Below are positions 16,186 to 26,663 of a stretch of 32,000 bases of DNA, in pieces. Numbering within the stretch: position 1 is the first letter of the stretch; every line of letters begins with the position of its first letter. The DNA comes from Corynebacterium amycolatum. GTDB taxonomy: Bacteria; Actinomycetota; Actinomycetes; Mycobacteriales; Mycobacteriaceae. The stretch lies in the NCBI RefSeq assembly GCF_049243625.1, contig NZ_CP046975.1; one strand, given 5' to 3'. A model generated the notes under the pieces. The model saw nothing but the letters and a program-made list of their open reading frames with translations, was not told where the DNA came from and made no database searches. The translations under genes were made by a program, and so were the position numbers.

Positions 16186-18096
16186 GTGAACGCGCACGAG
16201 CAGCACACCCCATCGCCCGCCCAATTCGCAGCTAAGGCGCGCACCAGCGCCCCCGAGCGAATTTCTGGTGCAAAAGCCATTGTCCGATCTCTTGAAGAGC
16301 TTGGTGTTGAGGTAGCCTTCGGTATCCCCGGTGGTGCAGTGCTTCCGCTCTACGATCCGATTTATGACTCGGAAAAGCTCCGCCACGTCCTCGTGCGCCA
16401 CGAGCAGGGAGCTGGTCACGCTGCCACTGGTTACGCGCAGGTTTCCGGCAAGGTCGGTGTGTGTATCGCGACTTCCGGCCCGGGTGCTACTAACCTGGTT
16501 ACCCCGCTCGCGGATGCTCAGATGGACTCCGTTCCGGTTGTCGCCATCACCGGTCAGGTCGGTCGCCCGCTGCTGGGTACTGACGCTTTCCAGGAGGCTG
16601 ACATCCGCGGTGTGACCATGCCGATCACTAAGCACAACTTCATGGTCACCGAAGCTGAGGACATCCCGCGCGCGCTCGCTGAGGCATTCCACCTGGCTTC
16701 TTCTGGTCGCCCAGGCCCGGTTCTGGTCGATGTTCCGAAGGACCTCCAGAATACGATGATTGACTTCACCTGGCCGCCGGAGATTGACCTGCCGGGCTAC
16801 CGTCCTGTGACGACTCCGCACCAGCGTCAGATTGACGAAGCAGCTGAGATGATTGCTGCGGCCAAGCGTCCGGTGCTCTACATCGGTGGTGGCGTCATTA
16901 AGGCTGATGCTTCCACGGAGCTGGTCGAGTTCGCCGAGCAGACTGGAGTTCCGGTCGTGACCACGCTGATGGCTCGCGGCGCATTCCCGGACTCGCACCC
17001 GCTGCATATGGGTATGCCAGGCATGCACGGCAAGGTGTCCGCCGTCGCTGCTCTGCAGAAGTCCGACCTGCTCATCACTATCGGTGCGCGTTTCGACGAC
17101 CGTGTTACCGGTGATCTGAATTCCTTCGCGCCGAACGCGAAGGTTATCCACGCAGACATTGACCCGGCAGAGATTGGCAAGCTCCGTGAAGTTGACGTTC
17201 CCATCGTCGGCGATGCCCGCGAGGTCCTTGCCGCACTTAGCGAGTCCTACACCAAGCTCGGTCTTAGTCGCCCCCAGATTGCCGACTGGCTGAAGCTTCT
17301 CGACGGTCTCCGCGACGAGTTCCCCCTCGGGTGGGAAGAGCCCGCTGATGGTGCAATCGCTCCGCAGTTTGTAATTCAGACCCTGTCCGACATCGTTGGC
17401 CCGGAGGCCATCTATGCCGCTGGCGTCGGCCAGCACCAGATGTGGGCAGCGCAGTTCGTCCAGTACGAGAACCCGCGCACCTGGCTTAACTCCGGTGGTG
17501 CCGGCACGATGGGCTACTCAATCCCGGCTGCGATGGGCGCCAAGGCGGCTGCTCCAGAAAAGGAAGTCTGGGCCATTGATGGTGACGGTTGCTTCCAGAT
17601 GACCAATCAGGAGCTAACCACCTGTGCAATGGAAGGTTTTCCCATCAAGGTTGCCTTGATCAACAACGGTAACCTGGGCATGGTTCGTCAGTGGCAGACG
17701 CTGTTCTACGATCAGCGCTACTCCAACACCAAGCTGCGCCCGGAGGACAACTCCTACCTGCCAGACTTCGTCCAGCTCTCCGAGGGGCTTGGCTGCGTGG
17801 CGATTCGCGTGACCAAGAAGGAAGATGTCGCGGCCGCAATTAAGAAGGCACGCGAGATTAATGACCGACCGGTGGTTATTGACTTCATTGTCGGTGAGGA
17901 TGCTCAGGTGTGGCCGATGGTGGCAGCTGGCAAATCCAATGATGAGGTCGAATACGCCCGTGGTCTGCGCCCGCTGTTCAACGATGAGAACTCAGCGGCC
18001 GAGACCCCGGCTGACATCCACGGCACTGTTGTGGACAACGCCGAGGACGCCGCGAAGCAGCCCGACGCTAACCACCCGTCCATGAAGACCCGCTAA
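16186..18096 (+). CDS. ilvB: Acetolactate synthase (acetohydroxyacid synthase) large subunit
   Basis: The GTG start has AGGAG 8 nt upstream. The protein is collinear with C. glutamicum IlvB ([80 protein letters not shown]). Confidence 0.97.
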   Translation: MNAHEQHTPSPAQFAAKARTSAPERISGAKAIVRSLEELGVEVAFGIPGGAVLPLYDPIYDSEKLRHVLVRHEQGAGHAATGYAQVSGKVGVCIATSGPGATNLVTPLADAQMDSVPVVAITGQVGRPLLGTDAFQEADIRGVTMPITKHNFMVTEAEDIPRALAEAFHLASSGRPGPVLVDVPKDLQNTMIDFTWPPEIDLPGYRPVTTPHQRQIDEAAEMIAAAKRPVLYIGGGVIKADASTELVEFAEQTGVPVVTTLMARGAFPDSHPLHMGMPGMHGKVSAVAALQKSDLLITIGARFDDRVTGDLNSFAPNAKVIHADIDPAEIGKLREVDVPIVGDAREVLAALSESYTKLGLSRPQIADWLKLLDGLRDEFPLGWEEPADGAIAPQFVIQTLSDIVGPEAIYAAGVGQHQMWAAQFVQYENPRTWLNSGGAGTMGYSIPAAMGAKAAAPEKEVWAIDGDGCFQMTNQELTTCAMEGFPIKVALINNGNLGMVRQWQTLFYDQRYSNTKLRPEDNSYLPDFVQLSEGLGCVAIRVTKKEDVAAAIKKAREINDRPVVIDFIVGEDAQVWPMVAAGKSNDEVEYARGLRPLFNDENSAAETPADIHGTVVDNAEDAAKQPDANHPSMKTR

Positions 18097-18118
18097 TCGG
18101 GATCCGAAGCAACAGGAA

Positions 18119-18634
18119 GTGAGTCCCAAAATGGCTGAACTGCACACTCTATCCGTGTTGACCCTCGATGAGCCGGGTATTCTGGTCCGCATTGCGGGCA
18201 TGTTCACCCGCCGAGGTTTCAGCATCCAGTCGATTACCTCGGGTGAAACTGAGACCGAGGGAGTCAACCGCATCACTGTCGTGGTTGAGACGGAGACGCT
18301 GCCGATCGAACAGATCACTAAGCAGCTCAACAAGCTAGTGCCCGTGCTGAAGGTGGTCCGCCAGCCCCCAGAGACCATGGTGTCGCGCGGACTGCTAATG
18401 GTGAAGGTTTCCTGCGACAACACCAATCGTCCGCAGGTCGTCGATGCCGCCAATCTCTTCCGTGCCCGCGTGGTGGACGTCTCTCAAGAGTCTGTCATCA
18501 TTGAGGCGACGGGTGAGCGCTCGAAGCTTGTAGCCCTGCTGGAGGTCCTCGAGCCGTTTGGTATCCGTGAGCTCATTCAGTCCGGTACCGTCGCAATGGC
18601 ACGCGGGCCGAAGCCGATGCTCCAGCCCCGCTAA
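18119..18634 (+). CDS. ilvN: Acetolactate synthase small (regulatory) subunit
   Basis: ACT-domain small-subunit sequence is present (GMFTRRGF, NRITVVV, IEQITKQLNKL.PVLKVV, NRPQ.VDAAN.FRARVVDV, EPFGIRELIQSG). The start is GTG 18119, which gives the same N-terminal length as C. glutamicum IlvN, or ATG 18131. Confidence 0.93.
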   Translation: MSPKMAELHTLSVLTLDEPGILVRIAGMFTRRGFSIQSITSGETETEGVNRITVVVETETLPIEQITKQLNKLVPVLKVVRQPPETMVSRGLLMVKVSCDNTNRPQVVDAANLFRARVVDVSQESVIIEATGERSKLVALLEVLEPFGIRELIQSGTVAMARGPKPMLQPR

Positions 18635-18657
18635 CAACTAAACGCTAAGATTTTTAA

Positions 18658-19704
<1,047 letters not shown>

Positions 19705-19744
19705 GTTTGTTGCTTAAGCGAATCCTTCGCTTGTTCGCGAAGTA

Positions 19745-19788
19745 GGGCTTCATCACTGAGCTTCACCGCCGTGATGAGGCCCTTTTCG
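19745..19788 (+). terminator. Rho-independent terminator after ilvC
   Basis: GGGCTTCATCAC (19745-19756) pairs with GTGATGAGGCCC (19771-19782) with one G-U pair and a 14-nt loop, followed by TTTTCG. Confidence 0.75.
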
Positions 19789-19985
19789 TATCTCTCTTAC
19801 TCGTTTTCTTTCACTGAAACGTGTGGGGTAGACGGGTGGGATAAACGTCTGAGATAAAAGCAACTACGGCCAAACGGGTGTAGCCCCAGTCGTATCCGGG
19901 GTTCTAATCTGGGTTGAAGGGTCTCCCTCAACAAAGACGTTCGATAGTCTAATCGTTGCAATCAAATCATTTCACGGAGGTAAAT

Positions 19986-21710
19986 GTGCGAGTATCCGCA
20001 ATGACGCGGCGCGTGACGGCAACCGTTGCTCTGACGGTCAGTCTGGCGCTGGGATCGAGCGCCCTGGTCGCGTGTGGTAATTCCGACAGTGCTGTTTCCA
20101 CGAAGAAGGTGGACGCTGAGTCGACGGTGCTTAGCGACGACATCGCAGCGTCGGAAAGCCTGATCGGCAGTTCGGAAGCAGTTGTCGTTTCCTCGGCTGG
20201 TGCAGCTGAGCAGCGTCGGGCGGCAGGCATTGCGGTTGCTGCTGGGCTGCCGATGCTGGTGGCTGGTTCTGCCGAAGATGCGGAAGATGACAGTACCGCC
20301 AAGAGTCCCAAGAAGGACGCTCGTGGCCACGATACTGGCGCTGATATCGCCGATGTGGAAAAAGAGATTGACCGCCTGGGCGCAAAGACAGTCCTTACAG
20401 TGGGGGCAGTTGACCTGACCGGGGGAGAGGAGCGTCAGGTTATTGCAGATCCGGGTACGACCGATGGCCTCAAGGAGCTTGTCGGTACTGAATTCAAGGT
20501 TCTCAAAGAGACGGAGTCGAAGCCGACTCGCGCTGTCGTTGAGATGGATCCGGAGAAGCCCACTGTCGTCAAGGGTGACGCAACGAAGGATGGGGGCGCC
20601 AACCAGGAGGCGCAGGATCGCGCCAGCGATGGGCAGGATGACAAGGGGCAGGAGAGCATCACCCTGCCGAAGGGATCGCCGAAGGAGGTTAAGGACAAGT
20701 TGGCATTGGCTGCACCGGGTACCGGCCTGGCTTCCATTGCTACTGCTCGAGCAGCTGGCCTGAAGGTCAGTTGGCTGCCGGTGGGCGACGCGCGTGCTAC
20801 CTCTGAGTCGATTTCGGCTGCTCGTGACGGCGAGTCCCTGATTGCTCTGGGTAAGGTTTTCGGCGATCAGGACAAGTTCGATCAGTCCATCGAGCTGGCC
20901 AAGGATGACAAGGTCAAGGAGCTGCCGGGTGGAGGCACGCTGCTGTTCCCCGGTCGTCATCTGATTGCAACGTATGGTCACCCAGGTGTCGCTCCATTGG
21001 GTGTGATGGGCGAGGATGATCCGGAGGATGCCGTCGCACGTGCGAAGGACTACGTCAAGCAGTACGAGAAGTTCGCCGATGACCCGGTACTGCCGGCCTT
21101 TGAGATTATTGCTTCGGTCGCACAGGCTGATCCGGGCCCGCGTGGTGACTACTCCGAGCCGGCTCCGGTTGAGACTCTGAAGCCGTACGTCGAGGCCATG
21201 ACCAAGGCCGGCGGCTACGTCATCATCGACTTGCAGCCGGGCAGTGCAGACTTCCTGGACCAGGCCAAGTTCTACGAAGAACTGCTGAAGATGCCAAACG
21301 TCGGTCTGGCGCTGGATCCGGAGTGGAAGATGGAACCGGGGCAGGTTCCGGCGACTCAGGTTGGTCACGTTAAGGCTGAAGAGGTCAACCGCGTTGCTGA
21401 TTGGCTGGCTGAGCTGACTCGTAAGAACAACCTTCCGCAGAAGATGCTGATGCTGCACCAGTTCCAGCTACAGATGATTCGCGATCGCGAGACGCTGGAT
21501 CTGTCGCACCCGGAGCTCGCATTCGTACTGCATGCCGACGGCCATGGCACCGCGCAGGAAAAGTTTGAGACCTGGAACGTCATGCTGCAGGATTTGCAGC
21601 CGGAGATTTTCGAGGCGTGGAAGAACTTCATCGACGAGGACCAGCCGATGTTTACTCCTGAGGAGACCATGAACATCGAACCGCGTCCATGGTTGGTTAC
21701 GTACCAGTAG
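19986..21710 (+). CDS. Large secreted lipoprotein, function unknown
   Basis: The start is GTG 19986, 5 nt after GGAGG (ATG 20001 is an alternative). A lipobox is present (LALGSSALVAC). The N-terminal half has Ala/Gly-rich segments and an acidic linker. The C-terminal 250 aa or so are well ordered (ATYGHPGVAPLGVMGE..., IIDLQPG, GLALDPEW, LMLHQF), and I cannot assign them to a family. Confidence 0.6.
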   Translation: MRVSAMTRRVTATVALTVSLALGSSALVACGNSDSAVSTKKVDAESTVLSDDIAASESLIGSSEAVVVSSAGAAEQRRAAGIAVAAGLPMLVAGSAEDAEDDSTAKSPKKDARGHDTGADIADVEKEIDRLGAKTVLTVGAVDLTGGEERQVIADPGTTDGLKELVGTEFKVLKETESKPTRAVVEMDPEKPTVVKGDATKDGGANQEAQDRASDGQDDKGQESITLPKGSPKEVKDKLALAAPGTGLASIATARAAGLKVSWLPVGDARATSESISAARDGESLIALGKVFGDQDKFDQSIELAKDDKVKELPGGGTLLFPGRHLIATYGHPGVAPLGVMGEDDPEDAVARAKDYVKQYEKFADDPVLPAFEIIASVAQADPGPRGDYSEPAPVETLKPYVEAMTKAGGYVIIDLQPGSADFLDQAKFYEELLKMPNVGLALDPEWKMEPGQVPATQVGHVKAEEVNRVADWLAELTRKNNLPQKMLMLHQFQLQMIRDRETLDLSHPELAFVLHADGHGTAQEKFETWNVMLQDLQPEIFEAWKNFIDEDQPMFTPEETMNIEPRPWLVTYQ

Positions 21711-21773
21711 GTTATAGACCAGCAGAAATAAAAATAAAACGCGAAGAGTTTTGCCGACTTGAATGTCGGGGGC

Positions 21774-21820
21774 AACGGCGCTTACTCCCTAAACAAAGGG
21801 TAGTAAGCGCCGTTTTGCTT
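21774..21820 (+). terminator. Rho-independent terminator after the lipoprotein gene
   Basis: AACGGCGCTTACTCCC pairs with GGGTAGTAAGCGCCGTT (16 bp, one bulge, 8-nt loop), followed by TTGCTT. Confidence 0.75.
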
Positions 21821-21949
21821 AGGTAAGTACCCCCGCGCCTCACCCCCAGAGTTTATGATGAGACGTAATGCGCGTGCACGCTTTAGTAGTTTTCTTAAGT
21901 GACACCGCACATACTGCATAAATTTTTCGAGACAAACCAGGAGATGCTT

Positions 21950-23545
21950 GTGAGCCAGAACGCTCGCCCCGTTGTCCTCATCGCCGACAAGCTGGCACAG
22001 TCCACAGTGGACGCATTGGGGGATTCCGTTGAGGTCCGTTGGGTAGATGGTCCGAACCGCGCTGAGCTCCTGGCTGCGGTTGGTGACGCTGACGCACTGC
22101 TCGTCCGCTCCGCTACCACCGTGGATCAGGAAGTCCTCGAAGCGGCTCCGAATCTGAAGATCGTCGGCCGTGCCGGCGTTGGCCTGGATAACGTCGACAT
22201 CGATACCGCTACCAAGCGCGGCGTCATGGTTGTCAACGCTCCGACCTCCAATATTCACTCTGCATGTGAGCACGCAATCGCGCTGCTGCTGGCCACCGCT
22301 CGCCAGCTGCCGGCTGCGGACGCGTCCCTGCGTGAGGGGGAGTGGAAGCGCTCTTCCTTCAAGGGGGTCGAAATCTTCGGCAAGACCGTCGGTATCGTCG
22401 GTTTCGGTCACATCGGCCAGTTGTTTGCGCAGCGTCTCGCTGCTTTTGAGACCAACATCATTGCGTACGATCCGTACGCGAACCCGGCCCGTGCTGCTCA
22501 GCTCGGTGTTGAGCTGGTTGAGCTGGAAGACCTGATGGCTCGCGCTGATTTCGTGACCATCCACCTGCCGAAGACCAAGGAAACCGCTGGCATGTTCGAT
22601 GCTGAGCTCCTGGGCAAGGCCAAGAAGGGGCAGATCATCATCAACGCTGCCCGCGGCGGTCTCGTCGACGAGCAGGCGCTTGCCGACGCGATTAAGGCTG
22701 GCAACATCCGCGGTGCTGGCTTCGATGTGTACGCGACCGAGCCGTGCACGGATTCCCCGCTGTTTGGCCTGCCGGAAACTGTTTGTGCTCCGCACCTGGG
22801 CGCCTCCACCGTTGAGGCTCAGGACCGCGCCGGTACCGATGTCGCTAAGTCCGTACTGCTGGCACTGGCTGGCGAGTTCGTCCCGGATGCCGTCAACGTT
22901 TCCGGTGGCGCTGTTGGCGAAGAGGTGGCCCTGTGGCTCGAGCTGGCTCGTGAGCTGGGTCTGGTTGCTGGTGGTCTGCTGGAGGGCGCTCCGGCCGCTG
23001 TTGAGGTCACCGCTCGCGGTGAGCTGCACACTGAGGACGTTAACGTTCTGGGGATGGCAGCAATCCGTGGACTGTTCTCCCTCATGGTGGAAGAGCCTGT
23101 CACTTTCGTTAACGCTCCGCGTATTGCAGAAGAGCGGGGTGTGACCTTCACTGTCGAGACTGAGCCGGAGTCCGTCTCCCACCGCTCCGTCCTCGAGGTC
23201 AAGGTCATCGGCGCTGATGGCTCCACCGCTACCGTCGTTGGTGCTCTCACTGGCCTGAACCGCGTTGAGAAGATTGTTCGTATCAATGGCCGCGGCATCG
23301 ACATGCGTGCTCAGGGCCGTAACCTCTTCCTGCTGTACAAGGACGTTCCGGGTGCTCTGGGCCGCGTAGCTACCACCCTGGGTGAGTCCGGCATCAACAT
23401 CGAGGCTGCTGCTCTGTCTCCGCAGGAAGCAGATCAGACTGCCATCCTGGTGCTGCGTGTTTCCAAGGAGGTTCCGGAGGAGCTCGTCGAGAAGATTGCC
23501 GAGGAAATCTCCGCTACCCACGCTCTGCAGCTTGAGCTGGACTAG
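21950..23545 (+). CDS. serA: D-3-phosphoglycerate dehydrogenase (long form with ASB and ACT domains)
   Basis: The start is GTG 21950, 6 nt after AGGAG; ATG 21944 abuts the SD and is rejected. The N-terminus (M)[24 protein letters not shown] matches the C. glutamicum SerA start. The protein has [14 protein letters not shown] and a C-terminal ACT-type region, and is about 531 aa. Confidence 0.95.
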   Translation: MSQNARPVVLIADKLAQSTVDALGDSVEVRWVDGPNRAELLAAVGDADALLVRSATTVDQEVLEAAPNLKIVGRAGVGLDNVDIDTATKRGVMVVNAPTSNIHSACEHAIALLLATARQLPAADASLREGEWKRSSFKGVEIFGKTVGIVGFGHIGQLFAQRLAAFETNIIAYDPYANPARAAQLGVELVELEDLMARADFVTIHLPKTKETAGMFDAELLGKAKKGQIIINAARGGLVDEQALADAIKAGNIRGAGFDVYATEPCTDSPLFGLPETVCAPHLGASTVEAQDRAGTDVAKSVLLALAGEFVPDAVNVSGGAVGEEVALWLELARELGLVAGGLLEGAPAAVEVTARGELHTEDVNVLGMAAIRGLFSLMVEEPVTFVNAPRIAEERGVTFTVETEPESVSHRSVLEVKVIGADGSTATVVGALTGLNRVEKIVRINGRGIDMRAQGRNLFLLYKDVPGALGRVATTLGESGINIEAAALSPQEADQTAILVLRVSKEVPEELVEKIAEEISATHALQLELD

Positions 23546-23587
23546 TTTTGAGCGCCTAGGCGTTTTAGAGCTACTTCCTAGCCTATG

Positions 23588-23620
23588 AAAAATCCCCTCC
23601 AACCGGAGGGGATTTTTTTG
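23588..23620. terminator. Bidirectional rho-independent terminator between convergent serA and CoA-transferase 1
   Basis: AAAAATCCCCTCC, loop AACC, GGAGGGGATTTTT. An A-tract lies on one side and a T7 run on the other. Confidence 0.85.
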
Positions 23621-23643
23621 TTTGCCTGCTAGTTTTACAAGCC

Positions 23644-25146
23644 TTAGCCCTTCATCGAGCCCTTCTCAATCATGTTGACGTGGAAGTCGAAGGCAGTGCG
23701 CAGATCGTGCGGGGTCGACATGCCCGGAGCGGTCTTCAGCGCGCGCTCGTAGTACTCCTCCAGCAGTGGCTGGTACTCCGGGTGTGCAACGGAAATCATC
23801 TTAGCCACGCGGTCACGCGGTGCCAGGCCACGCAGGTCAGCGAATCCACGCTCGGTGATGATGACCATGGCGTCGTGCTCGGTGTGGTCAATGTGCGAAG
23901 CGAACGGAACGATTGTCGAAATCGCACCGTCCTTCGCCAGCGACGGCGAGATGAACGAGGAAACGAAGGCGTTACGGGTGAAGTCACCGGAACCACCGAT
24001 GCCGTTCATCATGCGGCTGCCGTTGATGTGGGTGGAGTTGACGTTGCCGTAGATGTCGGCCTCAATCATGCCGTTGGTGGCGATCAGGCCCACACGACGG
24101 ACAACCTCCGGGTGGTTGGAGATCTGCTGCGGGCGCAGGATGATGTTCTTGCGGTAGCGAGCAGCCTCGTTGTTCATGCGCTCGGCTGCTTCTGGAGACA
24201 GGGAGAAGGAGGTAGCCGAAGCGACGGTCATCTTACCTGCGTCAATCAGGTCAATCATGCCGTCCTGAATAACCTCGGTGTAGGCCTTGATGTTCTCAAA
24301 CTTGGAGTCCAACAGACCTGCCATCACAGCGTTCGGCACGTTACCGACGCCCGACTGCATGATGTACTGGTCGTAAGCCAGGCGACCCGCGCGAACTTCG
24401 CCCTCGAGGAAGTCGAGGAAGTGGCCAGCAATGGCCTTCGAGGTCTCATCCAACGGCTTGAACGGGGAGTTGCGGTCCGGCGCGTTGGTCTCGACAACTG
24501 CGACAACCTTGTCCAGGTTGATGTCGATGTAAGGGGTACCAATGCGATCACCCGGGGCATTGATCGGCACCGGCGTGCGGTTAGGCAGGTGCTGAATGCG
24601 GTAGATGTCGTGCATGCCCTCGAGTTCCTCGGACTGCCACGAGTTGACCTCAATGATGATCTTGTCAGCGTTGTCCATCCACTCGACGTTGTTGCCAACG
24701 CTTGACGACGGAATGAGGTGTCCATCTTCCGTAATACGAGTGACCTCTACAATTGCGGCGTCAATCGGCAGGAAGCCCTGCTCGATGTACAGCGCGGAGT
24801 GGGAGAGATGGATGTCCTGGTACTTTGCCTTGCCGGCGTTGATGGACTTACGCAGTGCCGGATCTCCCTGGTACGGCATGCGGTAGCGGATGATGTCAGC
24901 TTCTGCCATCACGCCGTCACAGTCCGGGGCGGTGGAAGCGCCGGTGTAGATGTCGACAGCGAATTCTTCACCCTTGGCGTGGAGTTCCTTGCCTCGGTTT
25001 GCCAGCGCAGTCGGCAGAGCCTTCGGGTAGCCAGCACCGGTGAAGCCAGAGATGCCGAGGGCATCACCGTGATTGATAAACTGTGCCGCCTCGTCGGCGG
25101 TCATTACTTTGCCGCGCAAACCGGCATGTGCGATGCGATCAGACAT
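23644..25146 (-). CDS. Acetyl-CoA hydrolase/transferase-family CoA-transferase (AarC / C. glutamicum Cat-ActA type), paralog 1
   Basis: It is collinear with C. glutamicum Cat (cg2840) as I recall it (MSDRIA...ADEAAQF.NHGD..G.SGFTGAGYPKALPTA, SSSVGNNVEW, EVNSWQSE.LEGMHDI, MQSGVGNVPNAVMAGLL, NGIGGSGDFTRN). A strong SD AGGAGA lies 4 nt upstream. Third codon positions are C-rich. Confidence 0.9.
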   Translation of the reverse strand: MSDRIAHAGLRGKVMTADEAAQFINHGDALGISGFTGAGYPKALPTALANRGKELHAKGEEFAVDIYTGASTAPDCDGVMAEADIIRYRMPYQGDPALRKSINAGKAKYQDIHLSHSALYIEQGFLPIDAAIVEVTRITEDGHLIPSSSVGNNVEWMDNADKIIIEVNSWQSEELEGMHDIYRIQHLPNRTPVPINAPGDRIGTPYIDINLDKVVAVVETNAPDRNSPFKPLDETSKAIAGHFLDFLEGEVRAGRLAYDQYIMQSGVGNVPNAVMAGLLDSKFENIKAYTEVIQDGMIDLIDAGKMTVASATSFSLSPEAAERMNNEAARYRKNIILRPQQISNHPEVVRRVGLIATNGMIEADIYGNVNSTHINGSRMMNGIGGSGDFTRNAFVSSFISPSLAKDGAISTIVPFASHIDHTEHDAMVIITERGFADLRGLAPRDRVAKMISVAHPEYQPLLEEYYERALKTAPGMSTPHDLRTAFDFHVNMIEKGSMKG

Positions 25147-25297
25147 GTCATCTCCTAGATTGACTGTTCGACTTTAGTTTTGTCGCCTAACCTAGCATGC
25201 GCTAACAGTGTGTTGCCACACCCGCAGGTTGGGAAGTGATTCATGGCATAGTAATCGCTTCAGCTGGTTGTTTATCGGCGCTCTTCCAGGGGCTTTG

Positions 25298-26374
25298 CTA
25301 CAGCAACTCCCGCACTTCTTCGTCGGTCAGCATGGCATCCTCGAATGCTTGCAGTGTGGCCTCTGGGTTAAATTTCACACCGATGAGTACGACCTCATTG
25401 GATGGTGGGACATCGGTTTGTGCCCACATGACAGCAGGGGTGATCTTCAGGTTCGGTCCCGCCTGACTCCACACGTGGGCGACTTCGAGGCGGTCGGAAA
25501 TCCAGCAGTGCCCCTTGGATCGTACGAGGCCCTTTGTGCCGCGGAGGGCCTTGATTAGTCGTTCGCGGTCGAAGGGGCGGTTGCCTCGGAAAACAACCGA
25601 AGAAATACCGTATTCTTCGGTCTCCGGCGTGTGGGGATTCGCAAGTTCTTCTGCATATCCGTGGAAAGTGGCCGCCGTGCCTTCGTCGTAAAGCGATGCG
25701 TCGAGAATGGCGGAGGTGGCGATTTCTCCGTTAGTCACGCGGACGATGCGTGCACGAGGGTTCATTGCGCGGATGGTTTCCTCGGTACCGCCGGTGAGCT
25801 TTTCGCCTGCGAGATCGGATTTGGTGATGAGGATGAGATCGGCGAATTCCACCTGGTCGACAAGGAGGTCGGCGACCGTGCGTTCGTCGTCAGGCAGTGC
25901 ACGCCCCTGGCGGAGGCTGTCGAGGAATGTGGAGGCGTCGACGAGCGTGACCATCGTGTCGATGGGGGCGATGTCGGCGAGGCGACGGCCGTCGTCGAAT
26001 TCCCACTCGAAGGTAGCGGCGACTGGCATGGGTTCGGAGATGCCGGTGGATTCGATGACGATGTGCTCGAATTTGCCGCTGCGCGCGAGCTTGCCGACGT
26101 TTTCAACGAGGTCATCTCGCAGTGTGCAGCAGATGCAGCCGTTGGACATTTCGATGAAACGGTCTTCGCCGCGCTCGAGATATGTGCCCTGCTCGATCAG
26201 GGCGGCGTCGACGTTGACTTCCGAGAAGTCGTTGACGATAACCGCGATTTTGCGCCCCTGTGAGTTTGCCAGGAGGTTGTTCAGGAGCGTGGTCTTGCCG
26301 GCGCCCAGGAATCCGGACAGGACGGTGACGGGAGTGGTCGGGGTGGTGATATCAGAAAATTCGGTAGAAGTCAC
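25298..26374 (-). CDS. COG0523 (CobW/ZigA/YeiR-type) G3E GTPase, putative zinc metallochaperone
   Basis: The P-loop is GFLGAGKTTLLN and the CxCC metal motif is NGCICCTL. A CobW_C-like C-terminal domain is present. The GTG start is at 26374, with a Zur-type box 19 bp upstream. Confidence 0.85.
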   Translation of the reverse strand: MTSTEFSDITTPTTPVTVLSGFLGAGKTTLLNNLLANSQGRKIAVIVNDFSEVNVDAALIEQGTYLERGEDRFIEMSNGCICCTLRDDLVENVGKLARSGKFEHIVIESTGISEPMPVAATFEWEFDDGRRLADIAPIDTMVTLVDASTFLDSLRQGRALPDDERTVADLLVDQVEFADLILITKSDLAGEKLTGGTEETIRAMNPRARIVRVTNGEIATSAILDASLYDEGTAATFHGYAEELANPHTPETEEYGISSVVFRGNRPFDRERLIKALRGTKGLVRSKGHCWISDRLEVAHVWSQAGPNLKITPAVMWAQTDVPPSNEVVLIGVKFNPEATLQAFEDAMLTDEEVRELL

Positions 26375-26392
26375 CCAACAAGACTAGCGTAC

Positions 26393-26407
26393 TGAAAATG
26401 ATTATCA
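26393..26407. promoter_or_regulatory. Zur (FurB)-type operator
   Basis: TGAAAATGATTATCA has one mismatch from the perfect 7-1-7 palindrome TGAAAATnATTTTCA, which is the core of actinobacterial Zur boxes. It overlaps the predicted minus-strand -35 TTGATA (26403-26408) and spacer. The -10 TAGTCT (26381-26386) lies 6 nt before GTG. Confidence 0.6.
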
Positions 26408-26594
26408 ATAACGTGTGCGTAAATTAAGGTGCGGGGAAGGTTGTAAATGTGTCGTATGGCTGATTATTGGCCAGTTGTGACGTAGGGCATAAAACGGTGT
26501 TGTAGTCGGTTTTAGTGGCGCATGGAGCGTGCCTAAAACGGGGGCGCTTTCGGGCTTCTGAATGAAGGGTGCTAACCGCTTCGTTGATAGGGTT

Positions 26595-26628
26595 GGGGGT
26601 GTGCTTCGGTGTTCGAAGTGCTACCCCC
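26595..26628 (+). promoter_or_regulatory. Stable hairpin in the 5' leader of CoA-transferase paralog 2
   Basis: GGGGGTGTGCTTCG (26595-26608) pairs with CGAAGTGCTACCCCC (26614-26628) over 14 bp, including two G-U pairs and one bulged U, with a 5-nt loop. A second G5 run at 26641-26645, just before the SD, could pair alternatively with the C5 run. Confidence 0.4.
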
Positions 26629-26663
26629 GATAGTCGCGTTGGGGGATGCAGAAAGGTGAGTTC

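Noticed and set aside
21782-23602. A 606-aa ORF on the minus strand fully overlapping serA. Similar long antisense ORFs lie over ilvB (15850-17436, 528 aa), the lipoprotein gene (19962-21458, 498 aa), the YkvI-like gene (4358-5626, 422 aa), ilvC (18685-19626), and both CoA-transferase genes (23680-24705, 27129-28136).
   Set aside because: These are shadow ORFs. For serA and ilvB I checked the phase, and the antisense frame is codon-aligned with the sense gene. Antisense stops therefore arise only from sense TTA, CTA or TCA codons, which these biased genes avoid. The translations are R/S/G/H/T-rich with no recognisable motifs, no SD and no signal sequences, while the sense strands have unambiguous homology.
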